Origin: Octopus bimaculoides
Lineage: Eukaryota
Direction of reading: 5' to 3'
NCBI RefSeq assembly: GCF_001194135.2
Contig: NC_068994.1
Span: 59,039,421-59,103,420, forward strand
DNA length: 64,000 nt
The position numbers were made by a program, and so were the translations under genes. Below, one piece after another: positions 38,901 to 54,100 of this stretch; the first letter of the stretch is position 1, and every line of letters starts with the position of its first letter. The notes beneath the pieces are model-generated. The model saw only the letters and a list, made by a program, of their open reading frames with translations, did not search any database and was not told where the DNA came from.

Positions 38901-41900
38901 GTGTTTGACTATCCATCCATCTACTTTACTATATAAATATATCTTTTATCTTTTTTTTCTTTTATTCTTTTACTTGCTTCAATCTTCAGGCTGTGGTCAT
39001 GCTGGGGTACTGCCTTCAAGAATTTCTTGTCACATGAATCAACCCCAGCACTTGTTTTCTCTTTTAAGCCTGATACTTATTCTATCAGTCACTTTGGCAA
39101 ACTGCTAAGTTACAGGGACATAAACACAGACACACAAATGGCAGGCTTCTTTCGGTTTCCGTCTACCAAATCCATTCACTAGGCTTTGGTCAGTCTGAGG
39201 GTATAGTAGAAGACACTTGCCTAAGGTGTCACGCAGTGAGGCTGAACCAGGAACCTTGTGGTTGGGAAGCAAGCTTCTTGCCACACAGCCACGCCTGCAG
39301 TTATGTACATGTGTGTGTGTGTGTGTGTGTGTGTTACTGGCCAGTTTCTTTCGTATTTCTTAGTCTTAATCCCACTTACTACAACAAATAACACTATTTG
39401 TTGTAACAAATTCGATGTGCATACACACACACACACAGAGCCATTTATGGGTGGGGGCGATGGTGTGACACCCATGCCTTGTTCAAAACAGTAAAGATAT
39501 AGCTAAAAGAATCCAAATTATTAGATGTGCACATCATCCAATTCCTATTCCCTCCCTCTCTGTAACCACCTGGCTATCTACCTGGCTGTAGCTACCTATG
39601 TCCCTGTATCTTGGCGAATGTGTTTATATTAGTCTGTCACTTCAAACGGGTAACAGCAGGGCAAACCAACAACTCACTGACTGACCTTGCTTATAGTAAC
39701 AGCAACAAACACCATATCAGAAGAATGCAGTTTGTCCTTGGGGAAGACAAAGCGAGGGGGGGGGAGGGAAGAAAGCTGAAGAGTCAGATCAGGGAGCTAT
39801 AAATAACGAGGATCTGGCAAAGTGACAGCTCCCTCTTTATAAAAGCTGTCAGGTTTTGGAAGTCAAACTCAGCTGATACTTATTTAAGAGGTTTATAATA
39901 AAGATGATTTCTTTTTTTCTTTTTCTCAACCATTCACTGATTTACTTGTAACTGTTTATTCACATCATAAACCTGAAGTCTATTGAATAATACGATTACA
40001 CATACAGAGAAATATGTGATGGTTATTGTTGGTGGTTAGAGCCCCAGGTCAACACTAATACAGTGAACCTATGATCAAAACTTTACACTAGTAACCAAAT
40101 GTCGACCCATCTTTATGCAAATAGGAGACAGAAAACTTCAATATCCAGTATTTTATTTTGAACAAGCAAGGTATGATGTGAGATTCTGCTTCCATTTTTG
40201 TAAGCAAAAATTCATCTGAAACAAAGGAAGTAAAAGCCATGAAAAATGGGAACATAGAGAACATCAATAGAGAAAAGTTGAAAGCAGTGTCACCCATGGG
40301 AAAATGCTAAGATTTTACACATGCATGTGCACCCACCCACCCACACACATACAAACACACACACACCCTCAAACACATTATTTCCGACAACCAAATTTTA
40401 CTTACAATGATTTTGTTGACCCAAGGTTACAGGTCAACAAAACAATTGTTTTTGAGAAAAACTTCCAGCTCAACACGGACAGAATGAAGGCCCAAAATAT
40501 TTTCCAAAGAAATCTGAAACTGGTAGTTTCTGCTTCCATCCTGAATATTTTACTATTTTCTGAATTACTAATGCACCAATTTATAGACTGCTCTATATTG
40601 TTTTCAATTCTCAACCTACGATCACTTGATTCGTAGATAATATACCAAAAAGCCCTTGACTAGATTTGTGATATGTAAATATATAAAATCTGAACACTTT
40701 ACACAGTTATAAAAATGAAACAGATCTAACAGCATGGATCAATACAACCTGAACTGCTGAACAGGAGAAATCCTGACAACCATCAAATGAGCTTAAAACA
40801 TCAGAAAATTACTAAAGAAGATAACGAACCACATTAAACAGATGAGAAGAAAGGCTTGCTTCCATGATTTTCTACAACAGGTTTACTGCTACTGACCATT
40901 GTGACAGGAGATCAAAAAAACTTCCAACATGAAAGAAAGACCTTAGAGACTCCATGATGCCTGTGTATAAATAACTATGCTACATGGCAGTGAAACATGG
41001 GCTGTGATTGCAGGGGACATGCAACGGCTTGAAAGAAATGAAGGTGGCATGCTCTGCTGGATGTACAATGTCAGTGTGCGTGTATGACAAAGTGTAAATG
41101 TTTTAAGAGAAAAATTGGTTGTAGTGTTTGAGCAATCCACAGACATTTGGATTGTTAATGGTAATTCTTAGGCAGACTCAATGTGACATGGTGGCTTGGG
41201 TGGTTGATGACCTTGCTCAAGGAGATCATAATTGAAAAGCAAACTTCTGAACCATTTCACCATGCTTCTGCCCATGATCACCACCACATAAAAAGTAACA
41301 TTCACACACAACACTTAACACACAACCGACAATAATTCACACACACGCACACACACATATTCACAAAGAAAGAAATAATATATTCCACGCACTTAACATA
41401 AACAATGGAAAATAACAAAAAGCTTAGATATCATGTGTGTGTGTGTATGAATCATTTTTAATGCTGAAATTTGAAGGAGATAATAGCTGTTGGATGGTTG
41501 CCTTTAAATTTTATTTCATCAAAGGCTGGTGGTGGGATATCTCCAAAATATCTTCAAAAGAAGCCCATCAGGTTTGTCCCCCCACTGTTACTTCACAACC
41601 ATTGTTGGTGTGTTCACATTGCCGCAACTTAGCAGTTCGGCATATGGAACTGATAGAATAAATACCAGACTTAAAAATATTAAAAAAAGAGGTAAAGGGG
41701 CTGATTTATTCAGCTAAAAATTCTTTAAGGCAGTGCCCCAGCATGGCCACAGTCCAATGACTGAAACAGGTAAAAGCTAAAAGATAAATGGTATGGAGAG
41801 AGAGAGAGAGGGGGAGAGAGAGAGAGAGAGAGAGATAGAGAGAGANNNNNNNNNNNNNNNNNNNNNNNNNNNNNNNNNNNNNNNNNNNNNNNNNNNNNNN

Positions 41901-41912
41901 NNNNNNNNNNNG

Positions 41913-41954
<42 letters not shown>

Positions 41955-43609
41955 AGGAGATTGATGGATGTGTGTGTGTGTGTGTGTGAATCAGTGAAGG
42001 CCATATTCTGAACGAAATGAAGTTGAAGATCACAGCCATAGAGCTGTTGAACCAGTGACAGCCATAGAGTGAAGAACACGTCAGCACAGGCAGCAGGCTT
42101 GGAGGTGGAGGCGGTGGTGGTGGTAATTGTAATGCTGGTGGTAATAATCAGAGTGGTGGTGGTGGTGGTAGGGGGGAAGTTGCATGGAGAGAAGAACAGG
42201 CAGAAGAGGAAAAGAATAGCCAGGAGAGAGAAGAGAGGGGGTACTCAGAATACAATAACTAGAAGAGGATCCAGACTTGAAGAATTTGCTGGGAAAAGAC
42301 ACCCTTCAAACCCATACTAGCATGGAAAGAGTGAATGAATGAATATCCATTGCATGCCATTCCAGGCCATGGAAACTGTAGGCAAACGACGACACGCATT
42401 ACAATAGAAGCAAGCAAAACCGAGCTTATTGAGAGCAAGGTACCTTTTGCAAAGTCACCTGATGAGACACATCTGCACTGAAGGATGAGCCACCACCAGT
42501 TGTACAGCATTTCATTCACAAGAGGGACCGATACAAGATGGGCGGAAACAATCTTTGTCATTAATAAAGAATCTTGTGAATGCCATTTTCTATTTCTCTC
42601 ATTTGTCACGTGTGTGTGTGTGTGTGTGTGTGTGTATCAGGTATGTGCTCTCAGTAATTACTCAGGGTAGGCAGCTGGTGACCTTTATATAGTAAAACAC
42701 ACAGAAAATAAGCGAAACACAGGCGCGTGACTGAGTTGAAGGCAGATTTACTTCTGCCTTGATAGCACACACAGAAAACGGTGTTGTAGGAGTGTATGCA
42801 GCATGTGTACTACAGCAGTTCAATGCATAGTTTAAATACTGAGATTGAAAAGCAGGGGCAAATTATACCTGCCTAATCTACAAAACAATAAAATATGTTG
42901 TATTTTATGCATAGTATTCAGATTAACCTTCATAATTTTATTGAATTAGGTGCATATCTTGCCATAAAAAGAAAATGTTGCTATTAATCTATTTTATTCA
43001 AGGATCATTGTTTAACGTCCATTTTCAATGCTGGCATGGGTTGGATGGTTTCACAGGAGCAGGCCAAACCAGGGAGCTGTGCAGATTCCAAACGGTCTGT
43101 TTTGGCATGGTTTCTACAGCTGGATGCCCATCCTAATGCCAACCACTTTACAGAGTGTGTTGGGTGCTTTTCATGTATGCGTGCATTTATGCAGCACTGG
43201 CAAAGGACAAACTCGTGTGTAGGGATGATGATTTACTTGGCTTAAACAGGAATTTGGAAAGTTTCTTTGGTATTATTTATTCATCATTCTACATGTTTCA
43301 TTTGTTTATAGGCATTACAAAGTTGTAGATGTTGGTTAAACATGTCAGATATTAGAAATTCTTCAGACAGAGAATAAAATAATACAAAATTTGCATTTGG
43401 CTGAAGCATTTTTATATAGTTAGTTATTAATCAGGTGGAATATAGGGAGTTGAGAAAGAGAATAAAAAAACAAATCTAGTTGTATAGAAAGGAGAGAGAC
43501 AGAGATTGGGGTAGTAAGCATGTATATGCATATGCACATATATCAATGTACATACATACACCTCATACACACACACAGACATACCCAAACACATACATAT
43601 GCACACACA

Positions 43610-43654
<45 letters not shown>

Positions 43655-45101
43655 CATACACACACATACAGACAGACAGACAGTTATATTCCCATTTACA
43701 TACATATGCAATCAAACACGCACACATTATCACATGCTTAGATAGACACAAAATTTTAGATGCAGATTATGATAATGCTACATATAGTTTTAAACATACA
43801 TATGTACATATATAAAGACAATCTATCTATCCATCTATGTGGGTGNNNNNNNNNNNNNNNNNNNNNNNNNNNNNNNNNNNNNNNNNNNNNNNNNNNNNNN
43901 NNNNNNNNNNNNNGCGTGTGTGTGTGTGTGTGTGTTTATGTAAAAAAATAAAAGAATTTTGGAGATGCACTTGCATAGCAAGTGACCTGATCTGAGATCG
44001 TGTGCTGGAACGAAAACAATTGCAGCGTGGAAGGTGTTTATAAGCCATTTAAAATAACACACAAAATCCGTTAGATTCACTTCAACATTTAAATTTAATT
44101 TGTCTTTATTGGGGTAAAACAGACAGATACATAGGATTCAACATGAATGCTGTTCTACACTTTATATAAACTGGTTTCTTCTCACATAATTTAAACAAAA
44201 ACAGTAGTTATACATCTGTACAGACAGACATTCATACACATACATATACATACACATATACACATGCGGTTCAACAAGCTTAACAAGTAGTAGACCACTC
44301 ACTCAAGTGAGTGAAGATATTAATAAAAACCACACAACACCATGTGAAATTCCTCGGCCCAGAGTTTCCTGGCTGGAATATTAAATTTCTTTCATCATTT
44401 CTCAAGCTGATAATGTCAACATGGTGGGTTAACAACTACATATGAGTTAAGTGAGGATTCAATGAGAATACCTGGTGGTGGTGGTGGTGGGGTGGGGGGG
44501 AGACAGATTGATTAAAGGGAGATAATTCACTGAACAGCAAACCAAGCCAAGCTCTTATGATGGTAAGAATTTTGTAAGCCATTGAGAAGCTCAAAAGAAA
44601 AACAGTGAGAAGATAGAAGTCGAGATATAGAAGGGTTATCAGTGTTTAGATGTTTGTGCATTCAGACGGTGTATAAACAGTTAGGTGAGGTCAATGGACA
44701 TATCGCTACATACATGATGGTATGGGGGGAATGTATTTACTGATTAGAGATCAAAAGAATCACAGCCAATTAATGGGTTAAACCTTGTGTGGACATGATG
44801 AGAAAATTTCGCTCTTAGGGTTTATACAGTCCCTGGAGGTTCACAGATTCTTCAAAAGATAAAGTTTTTCAAGTGATATCCTGTATGCTCACTTGACAAA
44901 CTTAATCTTTTGAAGAACCTGTTTCCAGGGAAGCTTGTACGCAGGCATGTGTAGTTAGGAGGTTTGCTTCCCAACTAAATGATTTCATGTTCAGTCTCAC
45001 TGTGTGGCACTTTGGACAAGTGTCTTCTGCTAGAGCCCCAGGCTGACAAAAACCTTGTGAGTGGATTTGACAGACAGAAGCTGAAAGAAGCCTGATGCAT
45101 A

Positions 45102-45132
<31 letters not shown>

Positions 45133-48100
45133 ATGGCATTCATCAACCTGGAGAAGGCTTTCAACAGAGTACCCCTGGAGGAATCTAAGGGAAGTTAGGA
45201 GTAGTGGAAAGGCTTGTTGGAGGCATACAAGCCATGTACAAGAGTGGTGTCAGTAGTGTGAGTTAGCAGCCATCAGGAGAACAATGAATTTGGTGTACAA
45301 ATAGGAGTGCACCAGGGCTCAGTATTGAATCCCTTCCTATTTATCACAATCCTTCAGGCCATTAAAAGAATTTGGGACTGGCCACCCTTGGGAACTACTA
45401 CATGCTGATGACCTTGCTCTTATAGCAAAATCTGTAGCAGAATTAGAAAAGAAATTACAGGTGTGGAGGCAAAATCTGGAGTGAAAGGACCTTAAAGTTA
45501 ACCTAGTAAAAACTGAAGTTGTGAGCAAGAAATGGATAAAACTCTTTTCACTAGGTAAGTGGCCCTACTTAGTAGGTAGAAAAAGTATTGGAAGGAATTC
45601 CATATGGGGTACCCAGTGCCAGCCATGGACTCATATGAGGTGCAGTGAAGTCATAGGAAGGTTAACAGAGAAAATAGTCTTTGTATGTAGTAGATGCACA
45701 GGAGTGACCAATACTAAGGACACACAGGAATTAAGACTCTCTCAAATGCCCAGGAGGTTCCCTAGAGTTAGTAGACAGTTTCTGTTACCTAGGCAACCTA
45801 ATCAGGAGTGGAGGAGAAAGTCTGAAAGCATAGTTGAAACGAAAGGCTTCTCTTCAGAAAGAAAAACAGATTGTATGCTGCTTGTGTGTGAATGGTTGTA
45901 CTCCTTGGTCGTGAGAGATGGGTTTTGAATGCAGATAACAAGAGAGGAATGAAGCTCATATGCTCCAATGGATATGCAACATCAGTGAACCTGTACAACA
46001 ACATGCAAATGTGTTGCATACACTCAAGAGGCATTAAAAGCATCATATTAGATTGAGGAAAAGAACATAGTCCAAGTATTTAACAGATTAACTTCTTAAG
46101 TACTTGATTTAATTTTCTCTCTATTGTCACATATTGTTCTCACTTTGGCAATTAGCAGATATTTTCTCCCGGAAGCCTTTTTAAAACACCAAGATTAATA
46201 TTTACATAACCCCTTTAAGGCTCCTTTTCACACTGCTGCCTTTTAGCCCTGCTTGATTACTTGTTTCCAGACATCTTGAATCAGAGGTAAATTCAACAGC
46301 AGTGGCAATCAACACAACAAATATGGAGTAGAATCAAATAACAGCAGGAAAGAACTGTTTTCTGACAGCAAAAGATTGTTACCTTGTCCTTGTAGTTGTA
46401 AGAATGGATACAAGAGGATGTAAGCCTGAAGGGGTGGAGAAGTACAATATGATTACAGCTATTGAAGTGTAATCAGGTTCATAAGATCTACACCCTTTGC
46501 ATCTCTGACTTGAGCCATAAAATTTTCACACTCTTCTCTCTCTCACACACACACTGTTGTACTGACATAAAAGCTATGTAGCTACAGACAATACTACCAT
46601 GCTAAAACCATTCACAAATGTTGGTGAGGTTGGTAATTGTAGTGTTGTTGATTGTATTGGTTTTCATGTAAGTGACAGTGAAGATCATATTACTTTTGTT
46701 CATTGTATTGTTGTTGCTGTTTGGTGTCAGGTTAATCCTTACTAACCCAAGATCAAAGACATTTCATGCAACTTTTAAAATACAATAGGAAACTACATTA
46801 TCTTGTGTTTCTGGGTTTTTTTATATTTTACACAGAGTTGTTTATCTTGTTTGAAATATTGTTGCCAGTCATGAAGAAGTTAGCAGGTTGGTATTGATGA
46901 TAGGCAGTGGTAGTGATAGGGAAGGTCAATAAGTTGATATTCATTGAGACTCAAGAGACTACACACACACACACACTATGATTATAGTTTTACAATTTGT
47001 TAAAATTTATCCAATTTTCCATAAGGGCAAAATTACAGAATGTATCCTGAAATTACAATACCTGTAAGTGCAATATCCCATAAGTTGAGGTAGCAATAAT
47101 GCATACATAAATACTTACAGGCTTTCATTGATTTAGAGACAGTTTTTGATGGATGCCATGCTCAGTAAAGAAACTAGGTTTGGATGAATGGCTTGTGAGA
47201 GCTGTACAAGCTACATACAAGGATGTAGTGATTGAAGAGAGATTCAGCAATGATTTCAGTGAGGAATTCAATATTAAGGTAAGAGTCCGTTAAGGTTCAG
47301 CCCTCAGTTGCCTCTAGGGAGTTACTACCACAGCTGACGACAAAGGTCTTTTCTTTTAGAACGAAGGACAGATTGTATGATGCTTGTATTAGAACTGCAA
47401 TGCTGCATGGTGTTAAGATATAGACTTTGAATGCAGAAGACTTGAGAAGACTGGAAAGAAATGAAGCAAACAAGCGCTGTTGGATGCACAATACAGGTGT
47501 GCATGAATGGTGTATTATAAATGTGCTGAGAGAAAAACTGGGCAGAAGAGGAATCAGATGTTGTGAGCAAGGAAGAAGGCTGTGCTGGTGTGGGTGTTTG
47601 ACGTGCATGGATAAGGATAGCTGTATAATGAAGATCCAATCACTAAAAGTAAATGGAACTTGAAAAAGTGGGAGACCCAGGAAGACAAGGGATGAGATGG
47701 TCAAGACTAATCTCAGGATGACAAAGGGTCAGGATGACTGACAATATGAGGTTCTTGAGAAAACTCATCCACATCAGCAAAACTGAGCTTCTGTAGAGCT
47801 AAGAGAGGGAGGGGGAGAGAGGTGATGGAGGGAGGGGGAGGGAGAGAGAGAGTATGTGTGTGCGCGCGCGTGCACTTACAACTAGGCCCTCCACCCAATT
47901 CCCTTCCTTCTTAAGACACACCACCCATCACCTCCCCAACTGCAGTTCCTCCTCCTATCTTTTGCTTGTTTCAGTCATTGGACAGTGGCCATGCTGGGGC
48001 ACTGTCTTCAAAAATTTTAATCAAACAAATTGACCTCAATACTTATTCTACTAGTCTCTTTTACCAAGCTGCTAAGCTAGAGAGATGTAAACACACCAAC

Positions 48101-49457
48101 TGGTTGTCAAGTGGTGGTGAGGAACAAACACAAGAACACACATGTATGTCTATCTACATACAATGGGCTTCTTTCAGTTTCCATCGATCATATCCACCCA
48201 GAGAGCTTTGGTTGGCCCCAAGGCTATGGTAGGAAACACTTGTCCAAAGTGCCACGCAATGAGACTGAACCCAGAACCATGTGGTTGGGCAGCAAACTTC
48301 TTGGCCACTTTTCTTATGACCCAAAACCACTTCTGATCCCCACCCATACTTTCATTAAGCACCCACCCACCGTCCTACCNNNNNNNNNNNNNNNNNNNNN
48401 NNNNNNNNNNNNNNNNNNNNNNNNNNNNNNNNNNNNNNNNNNNNNNNNNNNNNNNNNNNNNNNNNNNNNNNNNNNNNNNNNNNNNNNNNNNNNNNNNNNN
48501 NNNNNNNNNNNNNNNNTATTAGACAACCGCCACCCCACCCACTCACTTCTGGCACCTCTGCTTTTCTTATCCCTTCAACGTTCACCCTGACATCTCATCA
48601 CCGATTTCTAGTTTCCACACCATCTTTTCTTCTAACATGTGAGTAGTCATGTAGCTTTTATTCAGCAAGAAACCTGTTCTGCGTTGGCCCCTTTTTCTCT
48701 CATACTCCCCCCACTCTCAACTCTTTATGCTCCTGATATAAAGTCCCCACCTCTACTTGAGGTTTTGTAGCCTTGCAAGCTGTATGATGACCTTACTACC
48801 TCACTAGTGTTGGCGGCACGAGAAAAACCACTTATATAACACACTGTAGATGGGTTGGCATTCGGAAGGGTTGGTATCCGGCCTTAGAAATCATGCCACA
48901 CATACTGGAGCACGATGCACATACGCGCGCGCGCACACACACACATCTACAAGAAGCCATATGTTCGATTCAGAACGAAATTGCCCATTTTCATTGTTGT
49001 AGATGTTCCAGAGATTAAGTGTTACTATTTAAACTCGCCGACCAATCACATGTTTACACACAGGCGTCTGGCTGGCCAACCTGTCATGAACCTTTTCAAG
49101 AACGATATTTAACAAGTTCCTACTGGTGTACACGCCATAAACTATAGATTAAGTGAGTAGCATCTCACGGCCTTGTTTCTTCCTAAATTTCGAAAAACAT
49201 ACTTTCAATATAATTTTAGAGAGATACGTTTCTGATAGTGTACGTTACTGTTCTGTTGATAGCATTAAAAAAATTTGGGTGTGGAGTTTCAAATCCTTCC
49301 CATTCCGATATTGTGTCAGAAAAATGTTTTGTTTTGTTTTTTTAAACATTTCATTATTTAAGCGTATATATTGGGTAAGACTAACGTTTCAAACATAGGA
49401 ATCTAAGAAAGAAAGGGGGAAAATTTTATGGAAATCGGTGATGGCAAACCCATGGGT

Positions 49458-49529
<72 letters not shown>

Positions 49530-49921
49530 GAGAGAGAGGAAATGATCGGTAATTCTTCACCTCACAAAAAATTATGTAAATCTTATCAATGTAATCGTAA
49601 GGTGGACAGCCTTAGTAAACGTATGTGTGGAAGAAACGGGAATGGGCTGAAAACATTTATACGCTTAGCATACGGCGATGAATAACGGTGTTTTTCAATA
49701 AGTATCGGTATCTTGTTACGGACTGGTAGAGTTTCGGGTTGGTGAGTATGCGTGGGTGGGTGTGTGCACGCATAAATAGATATAGCTGGCTATTAATATA
49801 TTATAAGGAGTCTAGTTCATACGCAAGACACACACATACACACAAACATACATCGCCATACATACATTATACACACACACAGACGTGTGTTTGTGTGTGT
49901 GTGTGTGTGTGAGATAGAGAT

Positions 49922-49980
<59 letters not shown>

Positions 49981-51061
49981 TGTCAGTATAATAGCTGGTA
50001 TGTGTCACCGTGAGAATGTGGTAGCGGTGAACGGACAACAGGACAAGACAAAATTAGATCTACACGTGTACAACAGAGACAGGCTACAAAGAAGCATCTG
50101 CATGACCAGCACCAATCAGCCTCCATATGGTCATTCGAATTGCTAGAAATAGCAATAAAATTTTTCTCAGATTAATTTCGCCGTAATAGAAATATGCACA
50201 TTAGCTATAGNNNNNNNNNNNNNNNNNNNNNNNNNNNNNNNNNNNNNNNNNNNNNNNNNNNNNNNNNNNNNNNNNNNNNNNNNNNNNNNNNNNNNNNNNN
50301 NNNNNNNNNNNNNNNNNNNNNNNNNNNNNNNNNNNNNNNNNNNNNNNNNNNNNNNNNNNNNNNNNNNNNNNNNNNNNNNNNNNNNNNNNNNNNNNNNNNN
50401 NNNNNNNNNNNNNNNNNNNNNNNNNNNNNNNNNNNNNNNNNNNNNNNNNNNNNNNNNNNNNNNNNNNNNNNNNNNNNNNNNNNNNNNNNNNNNNNNNNNN
50501 NNNNNNNNNNNNNNNNNNNNNNNNNNNNNNNNNNNNNNNNNNNNNNNNNNNNNNNNNNNNNNNNNNNNNNNNNNNNNNNNNNNNNNNNNNNNNNNNNNNN
50601 NNNNNNNNNNNNNNNNNNNNNNNNNNNNNNNNNNNNNNNNNNNNNNNNNNNNNNNNNNNNNNNNNNNNNNNNNNNNNNNNNNNNNNNNNNNNNNNNNNNN
50701 NNNNNNNNNNNNNNNNNNNNNNNNNNNNNNNNNNNNNNNNNNNNNNNNNNNNNNNNNNNNNNNNNNNNNNNNNNNNNNNNNNNNNNNNNNNNNNNNNNNN
50801 NNNNNNNNNNNNNNNNNNNNNNNNNNNNNNNNNNNNNNNNNNNNNNNNNNNNNNNNNNNNNNNNNNNNNNNNNNNNNNNNNNNNNNNNNNNNNNNNNNNN
50901 NNNNNNNNNNNNNNNNNNNNNNNNNNNNNNNNNNNNNNNNNNNNNNNNNNNNNNNNNNNNNNNNNNNNNNNNNNNNNNNNNNNNNNNNNNNNNNNNNNNN
51001 NNNNNNNNNNNNNNNNNNNNNNNNNNNNNNNNNNNNNNNNNNNNNNNNNNNNNNNNNNNNN

Positions 51062-51108
<47 letters not shown>

Positions 51109-54100
51109 ATAGTAGATTTATATGTATATATATATAAAATAGTACTTTATAAGTAATCTACCCAATGAAGTGACGGCACACAGCTGTTGCTGGATCGTAT
51201 GTAATTATAGAATAATTTTATTTAAGAATGAAACCTTGGCAACTTACAGCTGTTGTCATTGCACACAAACAAATGTTGTAATTTATAATTAAAACCTGTT
51301 TATTCCATCATCTTCTTGTCTAAATTTTTATATAAATTCTATGCACTAATGGAGTGTCATATGTTTATCCAGCTCAAGAACATCCCTGCTGTATGATGGC
51401 ATATGGTAGCCAATAACAGTATAGGAGCTTTGAAGTGCACATTGAGGTTATTACCCAGATAATATTGTGTGTGTGTGTAAAACAAATATAGGTACATCAA
51501 ATACCATACAGCATAAATTCATGGTTTATTAAAAGTGTCTCTGCTTCTAGGGAATGTCATAATTACCAAATGGCAGGTATATGAGCGTATACGTATACAA
51601 TTATGTGCTTTTCCTACAGCATTAGAGCATTTTAGCTCTTATTTCTAGCAATGTAGGAATCCTGACAATTATATTTTTCCTTTATGGTAACACATTGCAC
51701 ATGGCTGTTTATACTAATTTTGATACCAGAAAAATGCAGTGTCTACAGAGACATGGATTTACCGATGAGAAGATAGACTGAGGTTGGTAAATCAAACTAA
51801 CTGGAGTTTTCTATACACTCACAGAGGTTGGCCGGCATTAATAACCAGTAAAAGCGACTACAGTATCCACTTGGATTCTATATATCCTTACCAACCATAA
51901 TCTGGAAACACACCCACACACACCTGTCAAGCCATGCCAGCATGGAAAGTGAATGTTCAATGATGATGATCCATTCACTTTCCATGCTGGCATGGGTTGG
52001 ATGGCTTGACAGGAGCTGGCCAGGCCAGAGAACTCCACCAAGCTCCTTTGGTATGGTTTGGTACAACAGGATGCTCTTCATAAGTGCAAACCACTTTAGA
52101 GAGTGTGCTGTATGTCCTTTATGCAGCGCCAGCACCAGTGAGGTCACCAAGTACCTTGCAAGTGAAGAGCCACTTCAAGGAGTGGGGATTAGTGTTGCAA
52201 GACATGGATTTGTGCCAGGTGACGAGCAGCAGGTGTTGTAGTAGAGGAGGTACAGAGCTACGAGAGGAAGGGAAGGAGAGAGAAGATGGTGAAGATGTAT
52301 TGGGGAATACTTTCAAGTTAGAGGGTGTGAAGGGGTAGAGAGGATTGGACAGGGTGAGTGGGAGATGGAGGAGAGGTGAATGCAGTTTTGTGGACACATG
52401 GAGGGAGGGGGGTACCGTTTTAACATCTACTTATCCATTCTGGCCTTGGTCCAATGAATATATACCGTGGAAGGATTATTCCTGCCACCAATCCCACCTG
52501 TAGGCAAGGAATGTAATAATCACTCAGCCAATTAAATCAACCAGGAAATGAACAACTTTTCATAAGGGTTTGCAAGCAAACAACTTTGCCAAGAAGTCAT
52601 TGATTATTACAAATCAGTGAACAAGAGGGAAATACACAAAACACACAAGAAGATATACAAAAACGATTACAATACAAGAAGAAATCATGCTAGAATTAAC
52701 CTCGCCTGTGCTAGTGCCACTTGAAAAGCACTGAGTCCACTCTTCAGAGTGGTTGGTGTTAGGAAGGGCATCCAGGTGTAAAATCCCAGCCAAAACAGAC
52801 TCAGTAGCCTAGGGTAGTTTTTCTACCTGGCCGGCTCCTGTCAACTGTCCTACCCATGCATGGGTAGGATAGTTGACATCAATGATGGTGATGATGAAGA
52901 AGGAATGAACAGGCTTTAATCCAAATCACAACAATTGTTTCTGTGCAACAGCTGTTAGTTGCTGAATGTTTCACATTCATACATATTATTTTATAAATAT
53001 AATCCAGGAATAGCTATGTACTTGCACATCACCTGGCGAGTGATATACCATATAGCAATCAGAATAAAAAGTAAAGATAAGGTTGTTACATAACTTTGTT
53101 TGAGATTCCAATTGTGTCAGATGACTAGAGGATCTGTCCCCACGAAACAGCCCTCAACCATTCTTCCTACACCCTAAAGTTATCATGATAAATTTTGAGA
53201 GTTTTCAACAAACATATACACTGTCGGAGGTGCTGTTGTTACTTAGTATAGGAGTTACAAACAACAAGAATTTTCCATCCAAATGATTCAGTAAATGGAG
53301 ATTGTAGATGAAAGACATATCAATGTGATTTAGTTAAATTTGCCAAAACCACAGCCGCTGATAGATCCAGGTGTCATCAAGTTTAAAAGCAAGCTAGGAC
53401 AGTGAAAAGAGAGAAATGAGAATTGCTACAATATCCCCACTATTCTAATCATTGGAAAGGAAGAAAGCATATAAGTTAAAACAGAGGAAATTTGAAAGTA
53501 ACTAAATAAAGAGCAGAGTGTGGGGGGGGGGGAGATTTCTACTGGGCATATGATAAATGCATATAGAAATTATGAATTAAATACCCACCTCTATAATCCA
53601 TTCAAGAAATATTAGGTTTACTACATTTAAATTAAATTAAATAGCCATCATCATTTAACATCTATTTTCCAAATTAGCATGGGTTGGACAGCTTGACAGG
53701 AGCTGCACCAGGTTCCATTGTCTGTTTTGGCACAATTTCTACAACTGGATGCCCTTCCTAATGCCAACCACTTTACAGAAAATAATGGGTACTTTTTATG
53801 TGGCATCAACACCAGTACTTTTCATGAGGAACTAGTACCAGTGTCACCTTACTGGAACATGTGCCGGTCGTTGGCAGTGTCACCGGACTGGCTCCCGTGC
53901 AGGTGGCACGTAAAAACACCTTTGAGCGTGGTCGTTGCCAGTACCGCCTGACTAGCCCTCATGCCGGTGGCACATAAAAGCACCCACTACACTCTCAGAG
54001 TGGTTGGTGTTAGATTAGATTGGAGCCTGGTGCAGCCTTCTGGATTGCCAGTCCTCAGTCAAACCGTTCAACCCATGCCAGCATGGAAAGCAGACATTAA

